A stretch of 62,670 bases of DNA, counting the filler, from Thermodesulfobacteriota bacterium (GTDB lineage: Bacteria; DASVDK01), in assembly GCA_036381125.1 (NCBI GenBank). It is 6 parts of 6 records of this genome, joined end to end, with 100 filler letters (N's around TTAATTAATTAA, not from the genome) between each part and the next. Parts side by side here need not be neighbours in the genome. Positions count along the whole stretch, not along the records: positions 35,317 to 42,494 come from DASVDK010000344.1; positions 42,595 to 56,608 come from DASVDK010000345.1; 4 more parts are not named here. One strand, 5' to 3'. The notes below the pieces were generated by a model. That model had not been told where the DNA came from. It saw only the letters and a program-made list of their open reading frames with translations, and did not search any database. Positions 42,068 through 52,517 of this stretch are shown in pieces; position 1 is the stretch's first letter; each line of letters begins with the position of its first letter. The translations under genes and the position numbers were made by a program.

Positions 42068-42494
42068 ATGGACCGCGTGATCGTGAAGGGGCTGGTGGTC
42101 GAGGCGTCCGTCGGCGTGTCCGATGCCGAGCGAGCGGCGCCGCAGCGATGCCGGGTGGACGTCGAGCTCACGGCGGACCTCGAGGCGGCGGGCACGTCGG
42201 ACGACCTCGCGAAGACCATCCACTACGGTCACGTGATCGAGACGCTGCGCGAGGTGGCCGCCACGCAGACGACGCGCCTCGTCGAGGCGCTGGCCGGCCG
42301 CATGGTCGACGCCCTCTTCGAGCGCTTCGGACCCGAGCGGATCACGCAGCCGCCGCAGCCGGGCCGCGCGATCGCCGTCAAGCTGCGACTCGTCAAGCTC
42401 GACCCGCCGATCGACGCCCCCGTCGACGAGGTCGGCGTCGAGCTGGAGCGGACCGCCGCCCCGCGGCGCCCCGCCGGCGCCGGCCCCCTCGGGT
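42068..42494 (+). CDS. folB: Dihydroneopterin aldolase (no stop before contig end)
   Basis: 'G...ER...Q', 'SDDL.KTIHY', 'LVEALA'. Confidence 0.8.
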
Positions 42495-42594
42495 NNNNNN
42501 NNNNNNNNNNNNNNNNNNNNNNNNNNNNNNNNNNNNNNTTAATTAATTAANNNNNNNNNNNNNNNNNNNNNNNNNNNNNNNNNNNNNNNNNNNN
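42495..42594. other. Artificial contig spacer
   Basis: N-run with TTAATTAATTAA. Confidence 0.99.
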
Positions 42595-42682
42595 GAACGA
42601 GCCGCCGGGCTCGAGACCGCGCGCCCGGCGGTCGACGGCCGGGCGCTTGTGGGCGGCACGCCGCGTCGGCTAAGCTTCGTCC

Positions 42683-43837
42683 ATGTCCGACGATACGATC
42701 CAGCAGATCCGCGAGGCGGTGCGGGCGCTCTGCGAGCGCTTCCCCGGAGAGTACTGGCGCGACCTCGACCGCCGCCGCGCCTACCCCGACGCGTTCGTGA
42801 AGGCCCTGACGGAGGCGGGCTTCCTCGGCGCCCTCATCCCCGAGGCGTACGGCGGCAGCGGGCTGCCGATCGCGGCGGCCGCCGCCATCCTCGAGGAGAT
42901 CCACGCGAGCGGCGGCAACGGCGCCGCGTGCCACGCGCAGATGTACACGATGGGGACGCTCCTGCGACACGGCAGCGAGGCGCAGAAGCGCCGCTGGCTG
43001 CCGGCCATCGCCAGGGGGGAGCTCCGGCTCCAGGCGTTCGGCGTGACGGAGCCGACGAGCGGCACGGACACGCTGAGCATCCGGACGACCGCGGTGCGCC
43101 AGGGGGATCACTACGTCGTCCGGGGCCAGAAGGTCTTCATCTCCCGGGCCGAGCACTCGGACCTGATGCTCCTCCTCGCGCGGACGACGCCGAAGGAGCA
43201 GGCGGCGAAGCGGACGGAGGGGCTGTCGGTCTTCGTCGTCGACATGCGCGAGGCGCGCGGCCGCGGCCTCACGATCCGGCCGATCCGGACGATGCTCAAC
43301 CACGCCACGACGGAGGTCTTCTTCGACGACCTCCGCGTCCCGGCCGAGAACCTCGTCGGCGAGGAGGGCCAGGGGTTCCGGTACGTCCTCGACGGGATGA
43401 ACGCCGAGCGCATCCTCATCGCCGCCGAGTGCATCGGCGACGCCCGGTGGTTCATCCGGAAGGCGACCGCCTACGCCCGCGAGCGGGTGGTCTTCGGCCG
43501 TCCCATCGGCCAGAACCAGGGCATCCAGTTCCCGCTCGCCCGCGTCTACGCGCAGACCGAGGCGGCGGACCTCATGGTCCGGCGCGCGGCGGCGCTCTTC
43601 GACGCGGGCGAGCCGTGCGGCAAGGAGGCGAACATGGCGAAGCTGCTCGCGTCGGAGGCCTCCTGGGCCGCGGCCGACACCTGCCTGCAGACGCACGGCG
43701 GCTTCGGCTTCGCCGAGGAGTACGACGTGGAGCGGAAGTTCCGCGAGACGCGGCTCTACCAGGTGGCGCCGATCTCGACCAACCTGATCCTCGCCTACAT
43801 CGGCGAGCACGTCCTCGGCCTCCCCAGGTCCTACTGA
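42683..43837 (+). CDS. Acyl-CoA dehydrogenase
   Basis: 'IPEAYGGSG', 'VTEPTSGTD', 'QTHGGFG', 'APISTNLIL'. Confidence 0.93.
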   Translation: MSDDTIQQIREAVRALCERFPGEYWRDLDRRRAYPDAFVKALTEAGFLGALIPEAYGGSGLPIAAAAAILEEIHASGGNGAACHAQMYTMGTLLRHGSEAQKRRWLPAIARGELRLQAFGVTEPTSGTDTLSIRTTAVRQGDHYVVRGQKVFISRAEHSDLMLLLARTTPKEQAAKRTEGLSVFVVDMREARGRGLTIRPIRTMLNHATTEVFFDDLRVPAENLVGEEGQGFRYVLDGMNAERILIAAECIGDARWFIRKATAYARERVVFGRPIGQNQGIQFPLARVYAQTEAADLMVRRAAALFDAGEPCGKEANMAKLLASEASWAAADTCLQTHGGFGFAEEYDVERKFRETRLYQVAPISTNLILAYIGEHVLGLPRSY

Positions 43838-43838
43838 G

Positions 43839-44996
43839 ATGGGCGCGCTCGACGGGATCCTCGTCGTCGCGCTCGAGCAGGCGGTCGCGGCGCCGTTCGC
43901 CTCCTGCCGGCTGGCCGACGCCGGGGCGCGCGTCATCAAGATCGAGCGGGCCGAAGGCGACTTCGCGCGCGGATACGACCGGGCCGCGGCCGGCATGAGC
44001 AGCTACTTCGCGTGGCTGAACCGCGGCAAGGAGTCGGTGACGCTCGACATCAAGAACCCGGACGACGCCGACCTCCTCCACCGCCTCGTCGCCGCCGCCG
44101 ACGTCTTCATCCAGAACCTCGCGCCGGGGGCGGCCGCCCGGGCCGGCTTCGGATCGGCCGAGCTGCGCGCCCGCCACCCGAGGCTCGTCACCTGCGACAT
44201 CAGCGGCTACGGCGAGACGGGGGCCTACCGCGACATGAAGGCCTACGACCTCCTGATCCAGGCGGAGACGGGGCTCGCGTCGGTGACCGGCGCGCCGGAG
44301 GCGCCCGGGCGGGTGGGGGTCTCCGTCTGCGACATCGCCGCCGGCGCGACCGCCTACGCCGCCATCCTCGAGGCGCTCATCCGGCGCGAGCGCACCGGCG
44401 TCGGAGAGGGCCTGGCCGTGTCCCTCTTCGACGTCATCGCCGACTGGATGACGGTGCCGTTGCTCCACCACGACTACCTCGGCGCCGCGCCCCGGCGTAC
44501 GGGGCTCGCCCACCCCTCGATCGCGCCGTACGGCGTCTACCCGACGCGCGGCACGCCGGTGCTCATCGCGATCCAGAACGAGCGGGAGTGGGGGCGCTTC
44601 TGCGCGACCGTCCTCGGCGACCCGTCGCTGGCGTCGAAGCCGGAGTTCGCGGACAACGTCTCGCGCGTCGCCAATCGCGCCGCGCTCGACGAGACGATCG
44701 GCCGCGTCTTCACGAGCCTCGAGGTCGACGACCTGCGCGCCCGGCTGCGAGCGGCCGACATCGCCTTCGGGTCGGCCAACGGCGTGGCCGAGCTGTCGCG
44801 GCACCCGCACCTGCGCCGCGCGACCGTGGAGAGCCCGGTCGGCCCGATCCGCCTCGTGGCGCCGCCGGTGCGGCGGGGCTCCGAGCCCGACGGACCGCGG
44901 CTCCGGCCGGTCCCCGCGGTCGGCGCCGACACGGAGCGGGTGCGACGGGAGTTCGCGGCGGCGCCCGGCGAGGGGCGCGCGAGACCTCGTTCGTGA
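43839..44996 (+). CDS. CaiB/BaiF family III CoA-transferase
   Basis: 'EQAVAAPF...LADAGARVIKIE', 'NRGKES', 'KAYDLLIQ'. Confidence 0.93.
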   Translation: MGALDGILVVALEQAVAAPFASCRLADAGARVIKIERAEGDFARGYDRAAAGMSSYFAWLNRGKESVTLDIKNPDDADLLHRLVAAADVFIQNLAPGAAARAGFGSAELRARHPRLVTCDISGYGETGAYRDMKAYDLLIQAETGLASVTGAPEAPGRVGVSVCDIAAGATAYAAILEALIRRERTGVGEGLAVSLFDVIADWMTVPLLHHDYLGAAPRRTGLAHPSIAPYGVYPTRGTPVLIAIQNEREWGRFCATVLGDPSLASKPEFADNVSRVANRAALDETIGRVFTSLEVDDLRARLRAADIAFGSANGVAELSRHPHLRRATVESPVGPIRLVAPPVRRGSEPDGPRLRPVPAVGADTERVRREFAAAPGEGRARPRS

Positions 44997-45012
44997 CAGG
45001 AGAGGAGGAGCG

Positions 45013-45996
45013 ATGCGAGCCGCGTGGTACGAGAGCGTCGGTCCGGCGCGCGACGTGATCCGCGTCGGCGACCTGCCGGTGCCCGACCCGCAGCCGGGCG
45101 AGGTGCTCGTGCGGGTACGGGCCTCGGGGGTGAACCCGCACGACGTGAAGAAGCGGCTCGGCCGGCGAGCCCCCATGGAGTTCCCGCGGATCGTCCCGCA
45201 CAACGACGGGGCCGGGGTGATCGAGCGCGTCGGCCCCGGCGTCCCGGCCGCCCGGGTCGGGGAGCGGGTGTGGGTGCACAGCGCGCAGTGGCACCGGCCC
45301 TTCGGCACGGCCGCCGAGTACGCGGCCGTCCCGGCCGACGCGGCGTGGCCGCTGCCCGAGGGGACCGGCTTCGCCGAGGGGGCGGCGCTCGGCATCCCGG
45401 CCATGACGGCGCACCGGGCGGTCTTCGCCGACGAGAGCGTGTACGGGCGGCGGGTGCTCGTCCACGGCGGCGCGGGCGCGGTCGGGTACTATGCCATCCA
45501 GTTCGCGAAGACGGCCGGGGCGGAGGTCATCACGACCGTGAGCAGCCCGGAGAAGGCGGCCGTCGCCCGCGAGGCCGGGGCCGATCACGTGATCGACTAC
45601 CGGCGCGAGGACGTCGCCCGGCGCGTCCGGGACATCACGCGGGGCGCGGGCGTCGCGCGGATCGTCGAGGTGGACTTCGGCAAGAACCTCGAGGTGGACC
45701 GCGCCGTGCTGGAACCGAACGGGGTGATCGCCGCCTACGCGTCGGAGGGGGACCCGACGCCGGCCCTTCCCTTCTACCCCATGATGTTCGCCGGCATCAC
45801 CATCCGCCTCATCCTGGTCTTCGTCATGCCCGCCGAGGCGCTCCGCCGCGCGGCCGCGGACATCTCGGCGATGCTCGCGCGCGGCGCGCTGCGGCACCGG
45901 ATCGCCGAGCGGTTCCCGCTCGAGCGGATCGCCGACGCCCACGAGGCGGTGGAGCGCGGCGCCGCGATCGGCAAGGTCGTCGTCGAGGTCCCGTAG
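45013..45996 (+). CDS. NADPH:quinone reductase (MDR family)
   Basis: 'SGVNP.D', 'HGGAGAVG', 'ADHVIDY', 'GKVVV'. Confidence 0.9.
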   Translation: MRAAWYESVGPARDVIRVGDLPVPDPQPGEVLVRVRASGVNPHDVKKRLGRRAPMEFPRIVPHNDGAGVIERVGPGVPAARVGERVWVHSAQWHRPFGTAAEYAAVPADAAWPLPEGTGFAEGAALGIPAMTAHRAVFADESVYGRRVLVHGGAGAVGYYAIQFAKTAGAEVITTVSSPEKAAVAREAGADHVIDYRREDVARRVRDITRGAGVARIVEVDFGKNLEVDRAVLEPNGVIAAYASEGDPTPALPFYPMMFAGITIRLILVFVMPAEALRRAAADISAMLARGALRHRIAERFPLERIADAHEAVERGAAIGKVVVEVP

Positions 45997-46014
45997 CGCT
46001 CGGCGCCCCCGGAC

Positions 46015-47346
46015 CTACGGGGCGCCGCCGGCGCGGACGGCCGCGGTGCGACGCGCGGCGCGGCGACCGGCGAGCCAGCGAACGACCCCGGCGGCGACGA
46101 GGATCGGCGCGAGGACGCGTGCCGCCGCGACGGCGAGGTCGGCGTCCGGCTCGGGCCACGGCACCTCGGTGAGGACCTCCGCGCGCTCCATCATCCAGTG
46201 CCAGGCGGTGTGCCCGACGAGGACCGAGACGACGATCGGCGCGTAGCGGGCGGCGACCGGGCGGCGGCCGATCCAGACGAGCGCCGGCAGGAGCACCACG
46301 AGGACCAGGAGCTGGCCGATCTCGACGCCGAGGTTGAACGCGAAGAGCGAGAGCAGGAGGTGGCTCCCCGCGAACTGCAGCTCCTCGCCGAGGACGAACG
46401 AGAAGCCGAAGCCGTGGACGAGGCCGAAGAGGCCGGTGACGAGCCAGCGCCTCGAGAGGTTCGGGGCGAGGACGTTCTCGATGGCCATGTAGACGATCGA
46501 CGCGGCGATCAGGGTCTCCACGAGCGGCGGGAACCACGCGACCGACGGGACGAGCCCGTACGCCGCGGCGAGGAGCGTGATGGAGTGCGCCACGGTGAAG
46601 GCGGTGACGACCCCCACGAGGTCCCAGCCGAGCCGCCGGAAGGGGAGCACGAGGCAGACGAGGAAGAGCAGGTGATCGATCCCGCCGAGGATGTGGTGGA
46701 TGCCCGAGCCGACGAAGAACCAGGCGGCCTGGTACCACCGCGGGTCGAGCGAGAGGGTGCCCGCGCCGCCCTGCACGACGTAGATCCGCTCGCCGCCGTC
46801 CGGGGGGAGGAAGTGCACGTCGACCACCAGGCGGTTGCCGAGCCCCTGGCCGGTGTGCACCGTGAGGGTGAACTCGGCCCGATCGGACTCGATGGGGTAC
46901 TCGAGGTGGACGTCGAAGAACCCCTGGTTCCAGAAGACGTCGGTGTCCTCGGGCAGCTTCGGCCCCTCGATCAGCGCGAGCGCGCGGTCGTAGGACTCGA
47001 AGGCGCGGTCGGAGGACTGGCTGATGCGGCCGGCCACGCGCACGTGGTCGAGCCGCGTGCCGTCGGCGCGGACCTCGAAGTCCCTGGCCGCGGCCTCGGC
47101 CGCCGCGGCCAGTGGGCCGTCGACGTGCGCGAGATCGAGGTAGCCGGGGCCCCGCTTCGGCAGGTTGAGGTTGAGGAGCAGCGTCAGCGGTACGCGGACC
47201 AGGAGGTGGAGGCGGTTTCCCTCGGGCTTCACGAAGGCGTGCATCGAGATGCGATCGGGGATGTCGTGTGCCGCGGCCGGCAGGCTCCCGAGGACGAGGC
47301 CGGCGAGCGCCAGCGCCGCCAGGCGCGTGGAGTGTCGGAAGCGCAT
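46015..47346 (-). CDS. HupE/UreJ-type membrane protein with periplasmic N-terminal domain
   Basis: Signal peptide ending AAA-HD; 'HILGGIDHLLF', 'TAFTVAHSITL', 'FGLVHGFGF', 'FNLGVEIGQ'. Confidence 0.85.
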   Translation of the reverse strand: MRFRHSTRLAALALAGLVLGSLPAAAHDIPDRISMHAFVKPEGNRLHLLVRVPLTLLLNLNLPKRGPGYLDLAHVDGPLAAAAEAAARDFEVRADGTRLDHVRVAGRISQSSDRAFESYDRALALIEGPKLPEDTDVFWNQGFFDVHLEYPIESDRAEFTLTVHTGQGLGNRLVVDVHFLPPDGGERIYVVQGGAGTLSLDPRWYQAAWFFVGSGIHHILGGIDHLLFLVCLVLPFRRLGWDLVGVVTAFTVAHSITLLAAAYGLVPSVAWFPPLVETLIAASIVYMAIENVLAPNLSRRWLVTGLFGLVHGFGFSFVLGEELQFAGSHLLLSLFAFNLGVEIGQLLVLVVLLPALVWIGRRPVAARYAPIVVSVLVGHTAWHWMMERAEVLTEVPWPEPDADLAVAAARVLAPILVAAGVVRWLAGRRAARRTAAVRAGGAP

Positions 47347-47422
47347 CGGGATTCCTCGAGTGGAGGTGGCGAACACGACGGGGCCCCGCACGACGCCGTG
47401 CGGAGCCCCGCCTGCCGGGACC

Positions 47423-48640
47423 CTAACGGTCCTGCTTGCCGCGACCCTTCGGCACGAACTTCTGCGCCCGCTTCCCGGTGTCGACCTCGGCGGTGTAGAT
47501 GTTGCCCTTCGAGTCGACGGCCAGGTTGTGGACCCAGTGGAACTGCCCGGCGTACCGGCCGTTGCGGCCGAACGTGCCGAGGATCTCACCGCTCAGCCGT
47601 TCGAGGATCCAGACGTAGTTGTTCTCGCCATCCGGGTTGTAGAGGAACCTCTGGCGCCGGTCGGGCGAGAGGTCGACGTCCCACGTGGACCCGTTGCCGA
47701 GCGTGTCGCGCTCGACGAAGAACTCGGTCACGAACTCGCCGTTCTTCTGGAAGACCTGGATCCGGTTGTTGACCCGGTCGCAGACGTAGACGAGGCCGTC
47801 GTCGGCGATGCGCACGCAGTGGACCGGGTTGCGGAACTGCCGGGCGACCGGCGCGTTCGGATCGTAGGGCCCAAGGTCGTCGTCGCTCGGCGTCTCGCCG
47901 TACGCGCCCCAGTGCCGCTTGTAGAGGCCGGTCGAGGCGTCGACGACGATGACGCGCTTGTTCTGGTACCCGTCGGCGATGTAGGCCTCGTTCGTGACCG
48001 GGTCGACTTCGACGTCGGCCGGCCGGCCGAGGAGCGGGGTGCCGTTGGGGCCGCCCTCGGTCGCGTTGCTGCCGCCGGTCATGCCGCGCGCGCCGATCTG
48101 CATCACGAAGTCGCCGCGCCGCGTGAACTTGAGGACCATGTGGTCCCCGTTGTCCTGCGGGCCGCCGTTGCCGGCGATCCAGACGAAGTCGTTGTGGTCC
48201 ACGAAGATGCCGTGCTCGCCGGCCGGCCACTGGCACTCCGGCTCGACGCAGCGCGACTCGAGGAAGCCGGGGTCGAACGGACCGCCCCAGCCCTGGATGA
48301 AGTTCCCTCTGGAGTCGAACTCCATCACCGCCGGCGCGTAGCGGCAGCAGTCGGAGCGAGGCGGATCCTGCTCGGCGCCGGCCTCGTCCTCCGTGAGGGT
48401 CCGCTGCCGCTGGATGATCCAGATGTGGTCGCGCGAGTCGACGGCGATGCCGCCGACCTGCCCGATCTGCCAGTCGTTCGGGAACGGCTTCGGCCAGAAG
48501 GGATCGACCTCGAACCGGGGCGCGGAGTTCCCCCTGCCTCTTGCGTCGACCTCCTCGGGCGAGGGGCGCCAGACGCCGATGGCGACGACGAGGACCAGGG
48601 CCGTCGCACCAAGGTATGCGTACCGGACCCACCTGGGCAT
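47423..48640 (-). CDS. Exported NHL-repeat beta-propeller (PAL-like)
   Basis: 'FEVDPFWPKP', 'IADGYQNKRV', 'VCDRVNNRIQVF', 'FHWVHNLAVDS'. Confidence 0.85.
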   Translation of the reverse strand: MPRWVRYAYLGATALVLVVAIGVWRPSPEEVDARGRGNSAPRFEVDPFWPKPFPNDWQIGQVGGIAVDSRDHIWIIQRQRTLTEDEAGAEQDPPRSDCCRYAPAVMEFDSRGNFIQGWGGPFDPGFLESRCVEPECQWPAGEHGIFVDHNDFVWIAGNGGPQDNGDHMVLKFTRRGDFVMQIGARGMTGGSNATEGGPNGTPLLGRPADVEVDPVTNEAYIADGYQNKRVIVVDASTGLYKRHWGAYGETPSDDDLGPYDPNAPVARQFRNPVHCVRIADDGLVYVCDRVNNRIQVFQKNGEFVTEFFVERDTLGNGSTWDVDLSPDRRQRFLYNPDGENNYVWILERLSGEILGTFGRNGRYAGQFHWVHNLAVDSKGNIYTAEVDTGKRAQKFVPKGRGKQDR

Positions 48641-48724
48641 GACTCTCCTCCTCAAGAGACGTGGATGACCGTGCCGCCCGCCCCCCCTCGCGTCACGGCC
48701 TTCACGGGCGGCACAGGTAGCGCC

Positions 48725-48794
48725 ACTCTATGGGGTGCATCGGGCAGGTGTCAAGAAAATAACACGCTGTTTGATACTTGTAGACACCTTACAA
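48725..48794 (-). promoter_or_regulatory. sigma70 promoter TTGACA-N18-TAGAGT for the NHL gene, with upstream palindrome TTGTA-N7-TACAA
   Basis: TGTCAA 48749-48754, ACTCTA 48725-48730; palindrome 48778-48794; AT-rich island. Confidence 0.6.
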
Positions 48795-48977
48795 AATCAG
48801 ACGACTGATGTCGGACCATAATACCAGTGAGACAGCATGGTTGTCTGTGCAAACGGCCGTTCTATATGGAGGGCATGCGGTCTGCCGCCTCGAGGGGAGT
48901 GCCGGGGGGTCCCTCGGGCCGGCAGGTGGGAAGCGCCGCTCGGGCGTCTGGTACGATGATGCCGTGAGGTCCTTCGC

Positions 48978-50945
48978 GTGAAGCACGTCGTCCTCGGCAC
49001 CGCCGGTCACATCGACCACGGCAAGTCCTCCCTCGTCCGCGCCCTGACCGGGATCGACCCCGACCGCCTCAAGGAGGAGAAGGCGCGCGGCATCACGATC
49101 GAGCTCGGCTTCGGCCACCTCGATCTCCCCTCGGGGCTGCGGGTCGGCATCGTCGACGTGCCGGGCCACGAGCGCTTCGTGAAGACCATGGTGGCCGGCG
49201 CCGCGGGGGTCGATCTGGTGGCGCTCGTCGTCGCGGCCGACGAGGGGGTCATGCCCCAGACCCGGGAGCACCTCGACATCTGCCGTCTGCTCGAGGTGAA
49301 GAGCGGGCTCGTCGTGCTCACGAAGGCCGACCTCGTCGATCCGGACTGGCTCGAGCTGGTCGTCGAGGACGTGCGCGACTTCGTGGCCGGCTCCTTCCTC
49401 GAGGGCGCCGCCATCGTTCCGGTCTCCTCCGTCACGAGGGCCGGCATCCCCGAGCTGCTCGCCGAGATCGACCGCCTCGCCGCGGAGGTGCCGGCGCGCT
49501 CGCCGGACGGCCTCCTGCGCCTGCCCATCGACCGGGTCTTCTCGATGCGGGGCTTCGGGACGGTCGTGACCGGGACGCTCGTCGCCGGTCAGGTGGCCGT
49601 CGGCGACACCGTCCAGATCCTCCCCTCCGGCCGCACGGCCAAGGTGCGCGGCCTCCAGGTGCACGGGCGCCCGGTCGAGCGCACGCAGGCCGGCGTCCGC
49701 ACCGCCGTCAACCTGCAGGGCGTCGAGGTGGCCGAGGTGCACCGGGGCGAGGTGCTGACCCCGCCCGGCGAGGTCACCCCGGCGCGGCTCGTGGACGCGC
49801 AGTTCCATCACCTGCCCGGCGCCCCCAGGCCGCTCAGGCACCGGGCGGTCGTGCGCCTCCACATCGGGACGGCCGACGTGCCGGCCGCCGTCCACCTGCT
49901 CGACCGGGACGAGCTGGCGCCGGGCGAGACTGCCTTCGTGCAGCTCAGGCTCGCCGAGCCGCTCGTCACGCTCGCGCGGGACCGCTTCGTCGTCCGGGCG
50001 TACTCGCCGACGTACACGATCGGCGGCGGGGAGGTGCTCGACCCCCACCCGCCGCGCGCGAAGCGCTTCAACGCCCCGGTCCTCGAGGCGATCCGCCGCC
50101 TCAAGGAGGGCTCCGACGAGGAGCAGATCGCGCTGCACCTGCTGCGAGGCGGCGTGGCGGGCCGCTCGGTGTCCGAGCTGCACCAGCTCGTCCTCATCGG
50201 GGAGAAGAAGCTCTCGACCATCCTGCAGGCGCTGCTCACGCGGCGCGTGGCGGTCCAGTACGACAAGGAGGGCGGCCGCCTGGTCCACCGCGAGGTCTAC
50301 GACCAGGTGGCCATGCGGGTGCGCGAGGTCCTCTCGCGCTATCACGCGCAGTTCCCGCTACGCGAGGGGATGGGCCGTGAGGAGCTGAAGGGCCGCCTGC
50401 CGCGCGGCACCCCGGAGAAGCTCTTCGCGCGCGTGCTCGCCGACCTCGGACGCCCGGCCGCCGCCGGCTCGAGCCCGGAGGTCGTGGCCGAGCGCGACCT
50501 CGTCCGGCTCGGCGCGCACACGGTGTCGCTCGGCGGCGGCACCCAGGACCTGCGCGACCGCATCGAGGCCATCTACCGGGCGGCGGGCAGCGAGCCGCCG
50601 ATCTGGCAGGAGCTGCTCGATCAGCTCCAGGCGCCCGAGAAGACGGTGCGGGAGGTGATCGACTACCTGGTGAGACAGCGCGGGACGATCGTCAAGGTCA
50701 AGGACGGCTTCTACTTCCACAAGGAGGCGATCGACGCCATCCGGGCGAAGCTCGTCGACTTCATCCGGGCGAACGGCCCGGTCACGACGGCGCAGATCAA
50801 GGACCTCTGGGGCGTCTCCCGGAAGTTCCTGATCCCGCTCTGCGAGTACTTCGACGCGACGCGCGTCACGATGCGCGTCGGCGAGACCCGCGTCCTGCGC
50901 GGCCAGGCAGCCGCCGCCCAGCCCCGGCCGGACGCGGCGTCCTGA
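48978..50945 (+). CDS. selB: Selenocysteine-specific elongation factor
   Basis: '[11 protein letters not shown]', '[13 protein letters not shown]', 'DVPGHERFV'; C-terminal winged helix '[13 protein letters not shown]'. Confidence 0.96.
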   Translation: MKHVVLGTAGHIDHGKSSLVRALTGIDPDRLKEEKARGITIELGFGHLDLPSGLRVGIVDVPGHERFVKTMVAGAAGVDLVALVVAADEGVMPQTREHLDICRLLEVKSGLVVLTKADLVDPDWLELVVEDVRDFVAGSFLEGAAIVPVSSVTRAGIPELLAEIDRLAAEVPARSPDGLLRLPIDRVFSMRGFGTVVTGTLVAGQVAVGDTVQILPSGRTAKVRGLQVHGRPVERTQAGVRTAVNLQGVEVAEVHRGEVLTPPGEVTPARLVDAQFHHLPGAPRPLRHRAVVRLHIGTADVPAAVHLLDRDELAPGETAFVQLRLAEPLVTLARDRFVVRAYSPTYTIGGGEVLDPHPPRAKRFNAPVLEAIRRLKEGSDEEQIALHLLRGGVAGRSVSELHQLVLIGEKKLSTILQALLTRRVAVQYDKEGGRLVHREVYDQVAMRVREVLSRYHAQFPLREGMGREELKGRLPRGTPEKLFARVLADLGRPAAAGSSPEVVAERDLVRLGAHTVSLGGGTQDLRDRIEAIYRAAGSEPPIWQELLDQLQAPEKTVREVIDYLVRQRGTIVKVKDGFYFHKEAIDAIRAKLVDFIRANGPVTTAQIKDLWGVSRKFLIPLCEYFDATRVTMRVGETRVLRGQAAAAQPRPDAAS

Positions 50946-51064
50946 CGGGCCCGACCGACAGCCACGTCGCCCATGTAGTCGTCCCGGCCCGGTTCCACCG
51001 CCCGTCACGGGGCCGCTCGCGCGCTCGAGACGCTCCATGAGCGCGACCTCCGAGCCGCATCTTC

Positions 51065-51529
51065 CTACCGCCGTCCGGGTGCCTCCGCAAGCTGCCACTC
51101 CACGACCTTTCCCTCGACGATCCTGAGGTAGAGGCAGCCGGGGCCGGCCGCCGGGTCTCCCGGCTTGACGCGCGCGGTGCCGACGCGGCCCACCCAGTAG
51201 GCCAGCCGGCGGTCCGGTGCGAACGGCCCCCCCTCGGTGGGCGGGCAGTCGGGCTCGCCGAGGAGCGCCCGGACGTCGGCCTCGGGCATCCCCGCCAGGC
51301 GGCCGGTCGCGAGGAGGCCCGGCACCATCAGGCCGCGCCGGCTCTCGACCTCGAGGCGCCCGGTCTCGGCGCGCCAGGCCACGGGGTCGAAGACCAGTGT
51401 CTTGCGGGGCGCCTCGCGCTGAATGGCCGACTGGCCGAAGATGACCAGGAGGGGGGCGATCGACGCGAGGCCGACCACCACGGCGAGCGTGATCCACTTG
51501 CGGGCACGAAGTGACAGGGTCTGGGGCAC
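51065..51529 (-). CDS. Hypothetical membrane-anchored protein (BamE/SmpA-like 'GM...VRALLGEPD' motif)
   Basis: N-terminal TM; 'FDPVAW...RGLM...GMPEADVRALLGEPD'. Confidence 0.5.
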   Translation of the reverse strand: MPQTLSLRARKWITLAVVVGLASIAPLLVIFGQSAIQREAPRKTLVFDPVAWRAETGRLEVESRRGLMVPGLLATGRLAGMPEADVRALLGEPDCPPTEGGPFAPDRRLAYWVGRVGTARVKPGDPAAGPGCLYLRIVEGKVVEWQLAEAPGRR

Positions 51530-51541
51530 GGGGATGCTCCG

Positions 51542-52486
51542 TCAGGGGTTGAGGGCGCGGCAGGCTTCGGCGAGACCGGCGTCGCAGGCGGCCTGCGCGT
51601 CGGCGAGCGCCGCCGCCATGTCGCCGCGCCGCGCGTGAATCTGCGCGCGGATCTGGAGGAACCGCGGATCGCGCGGCGCCAGATCCACTGCCTCGTCCGC
51701 GAACGCCAGCGCCTCGTCGAGCAGACCGTGATTGGCCGCGATGATGGCGCGGCTCGCGGCGTGCTCCGCCGCCTCGCCCGTGTACACCGGGCGGAACCCG
51801 GCGGCGCCGAGGACCACGATGAGCAGGCCGAGCGCGAGGTACGCGAGCCGCGAGCGGGTCCGGCGGCGCATGTTGCGCTCGATCCAGGCGGTCCCGAGGA
51901 GGAAGCCGGCGACGAGGCCGCCCACGTGCGCGTACATGTTGATGATCGGGATGACGAGGCCGAGCGCGAGGTTGAGCAGCAGGATGGGGATGATCGACAC
52001 CCGCGGGCGCCACCGGGGCCCCCCCTCGAGGGCGATCCGGCGGTACATCCGCCGCCGGGTCAACTCGTCGGCCAGGAGGAGCCCGGCCAGCCCGAAGACG
52101 GCGCCCGACGCGCCGACGCCGAGCGTGTCCTGGACGAAGACGAGCGTGGCGAGCCCGGAGACGAGGCCCGACACGAAGAAGAGGACGAGGTACCGCGGCA
52201 TGCCGAGCGTCGGCTCGATGACCCGCCCGAGGACGTAGAGCGAGAACCCGTTGGCGGCGAGGTGGACCGGCCCCGCGTGGAGGAAGACGGCCGTGACGAG
52301 CCGCCACCACTCGCCGTGCCAGATGCTCGGCGCGTCCTGGGCGCCGAGCCTGTAGAGGACGTCCGGGTCCTGGCTCCCCTCGAGCCCCCCGCCCATGACG
52401 ATGGACAGCAGGAACGTCGCCACCATGACGGCGATGAGCGCCATCGTGGCGGGGACGGCCGGGGCGCGGGGAGCGGGCGGGACCAC
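51542..52486 (-). CDS. Rhomboid intramembrane serine protease with C-terminal TPR
   Basis: 'WWRLVTAVFLH', 'GASGAVFG', 'AHVGG'; TPR-like tail. Confidence 0.9.
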   Translation of the reverse strand: MVPPAPRAPAVPATMALIAVMVATFLLSIVMGGGLEGSQDPDVLYRLGAQDAPSIWHGEWWRLVTAVFLHAGPVHLAANGFSLYVLGRVIEPTLGMPRYLVLFFVSGLVSGLATLVFVQDTLGVGASGAVFGLAGLLLADELTRRRMYRRIALEGGPRWRPRVSIIPILLLNLALGLVIPIINMYAHVGGLVAGFLLGTAWIERNMRRRTRSRLAYLALGLLIVVLGAAGFRPVYTGEAAEHAASRAIIAANHGLLDEALAFADEAVDLAPRDPRFLQIRAQIHARRGDMAAALADAQAACDAGLAEACRALNP

Positions 52487-52517
52487 GGGCGCCCTCGGCG
52501 CTTGCGCTCGCCGCCCC

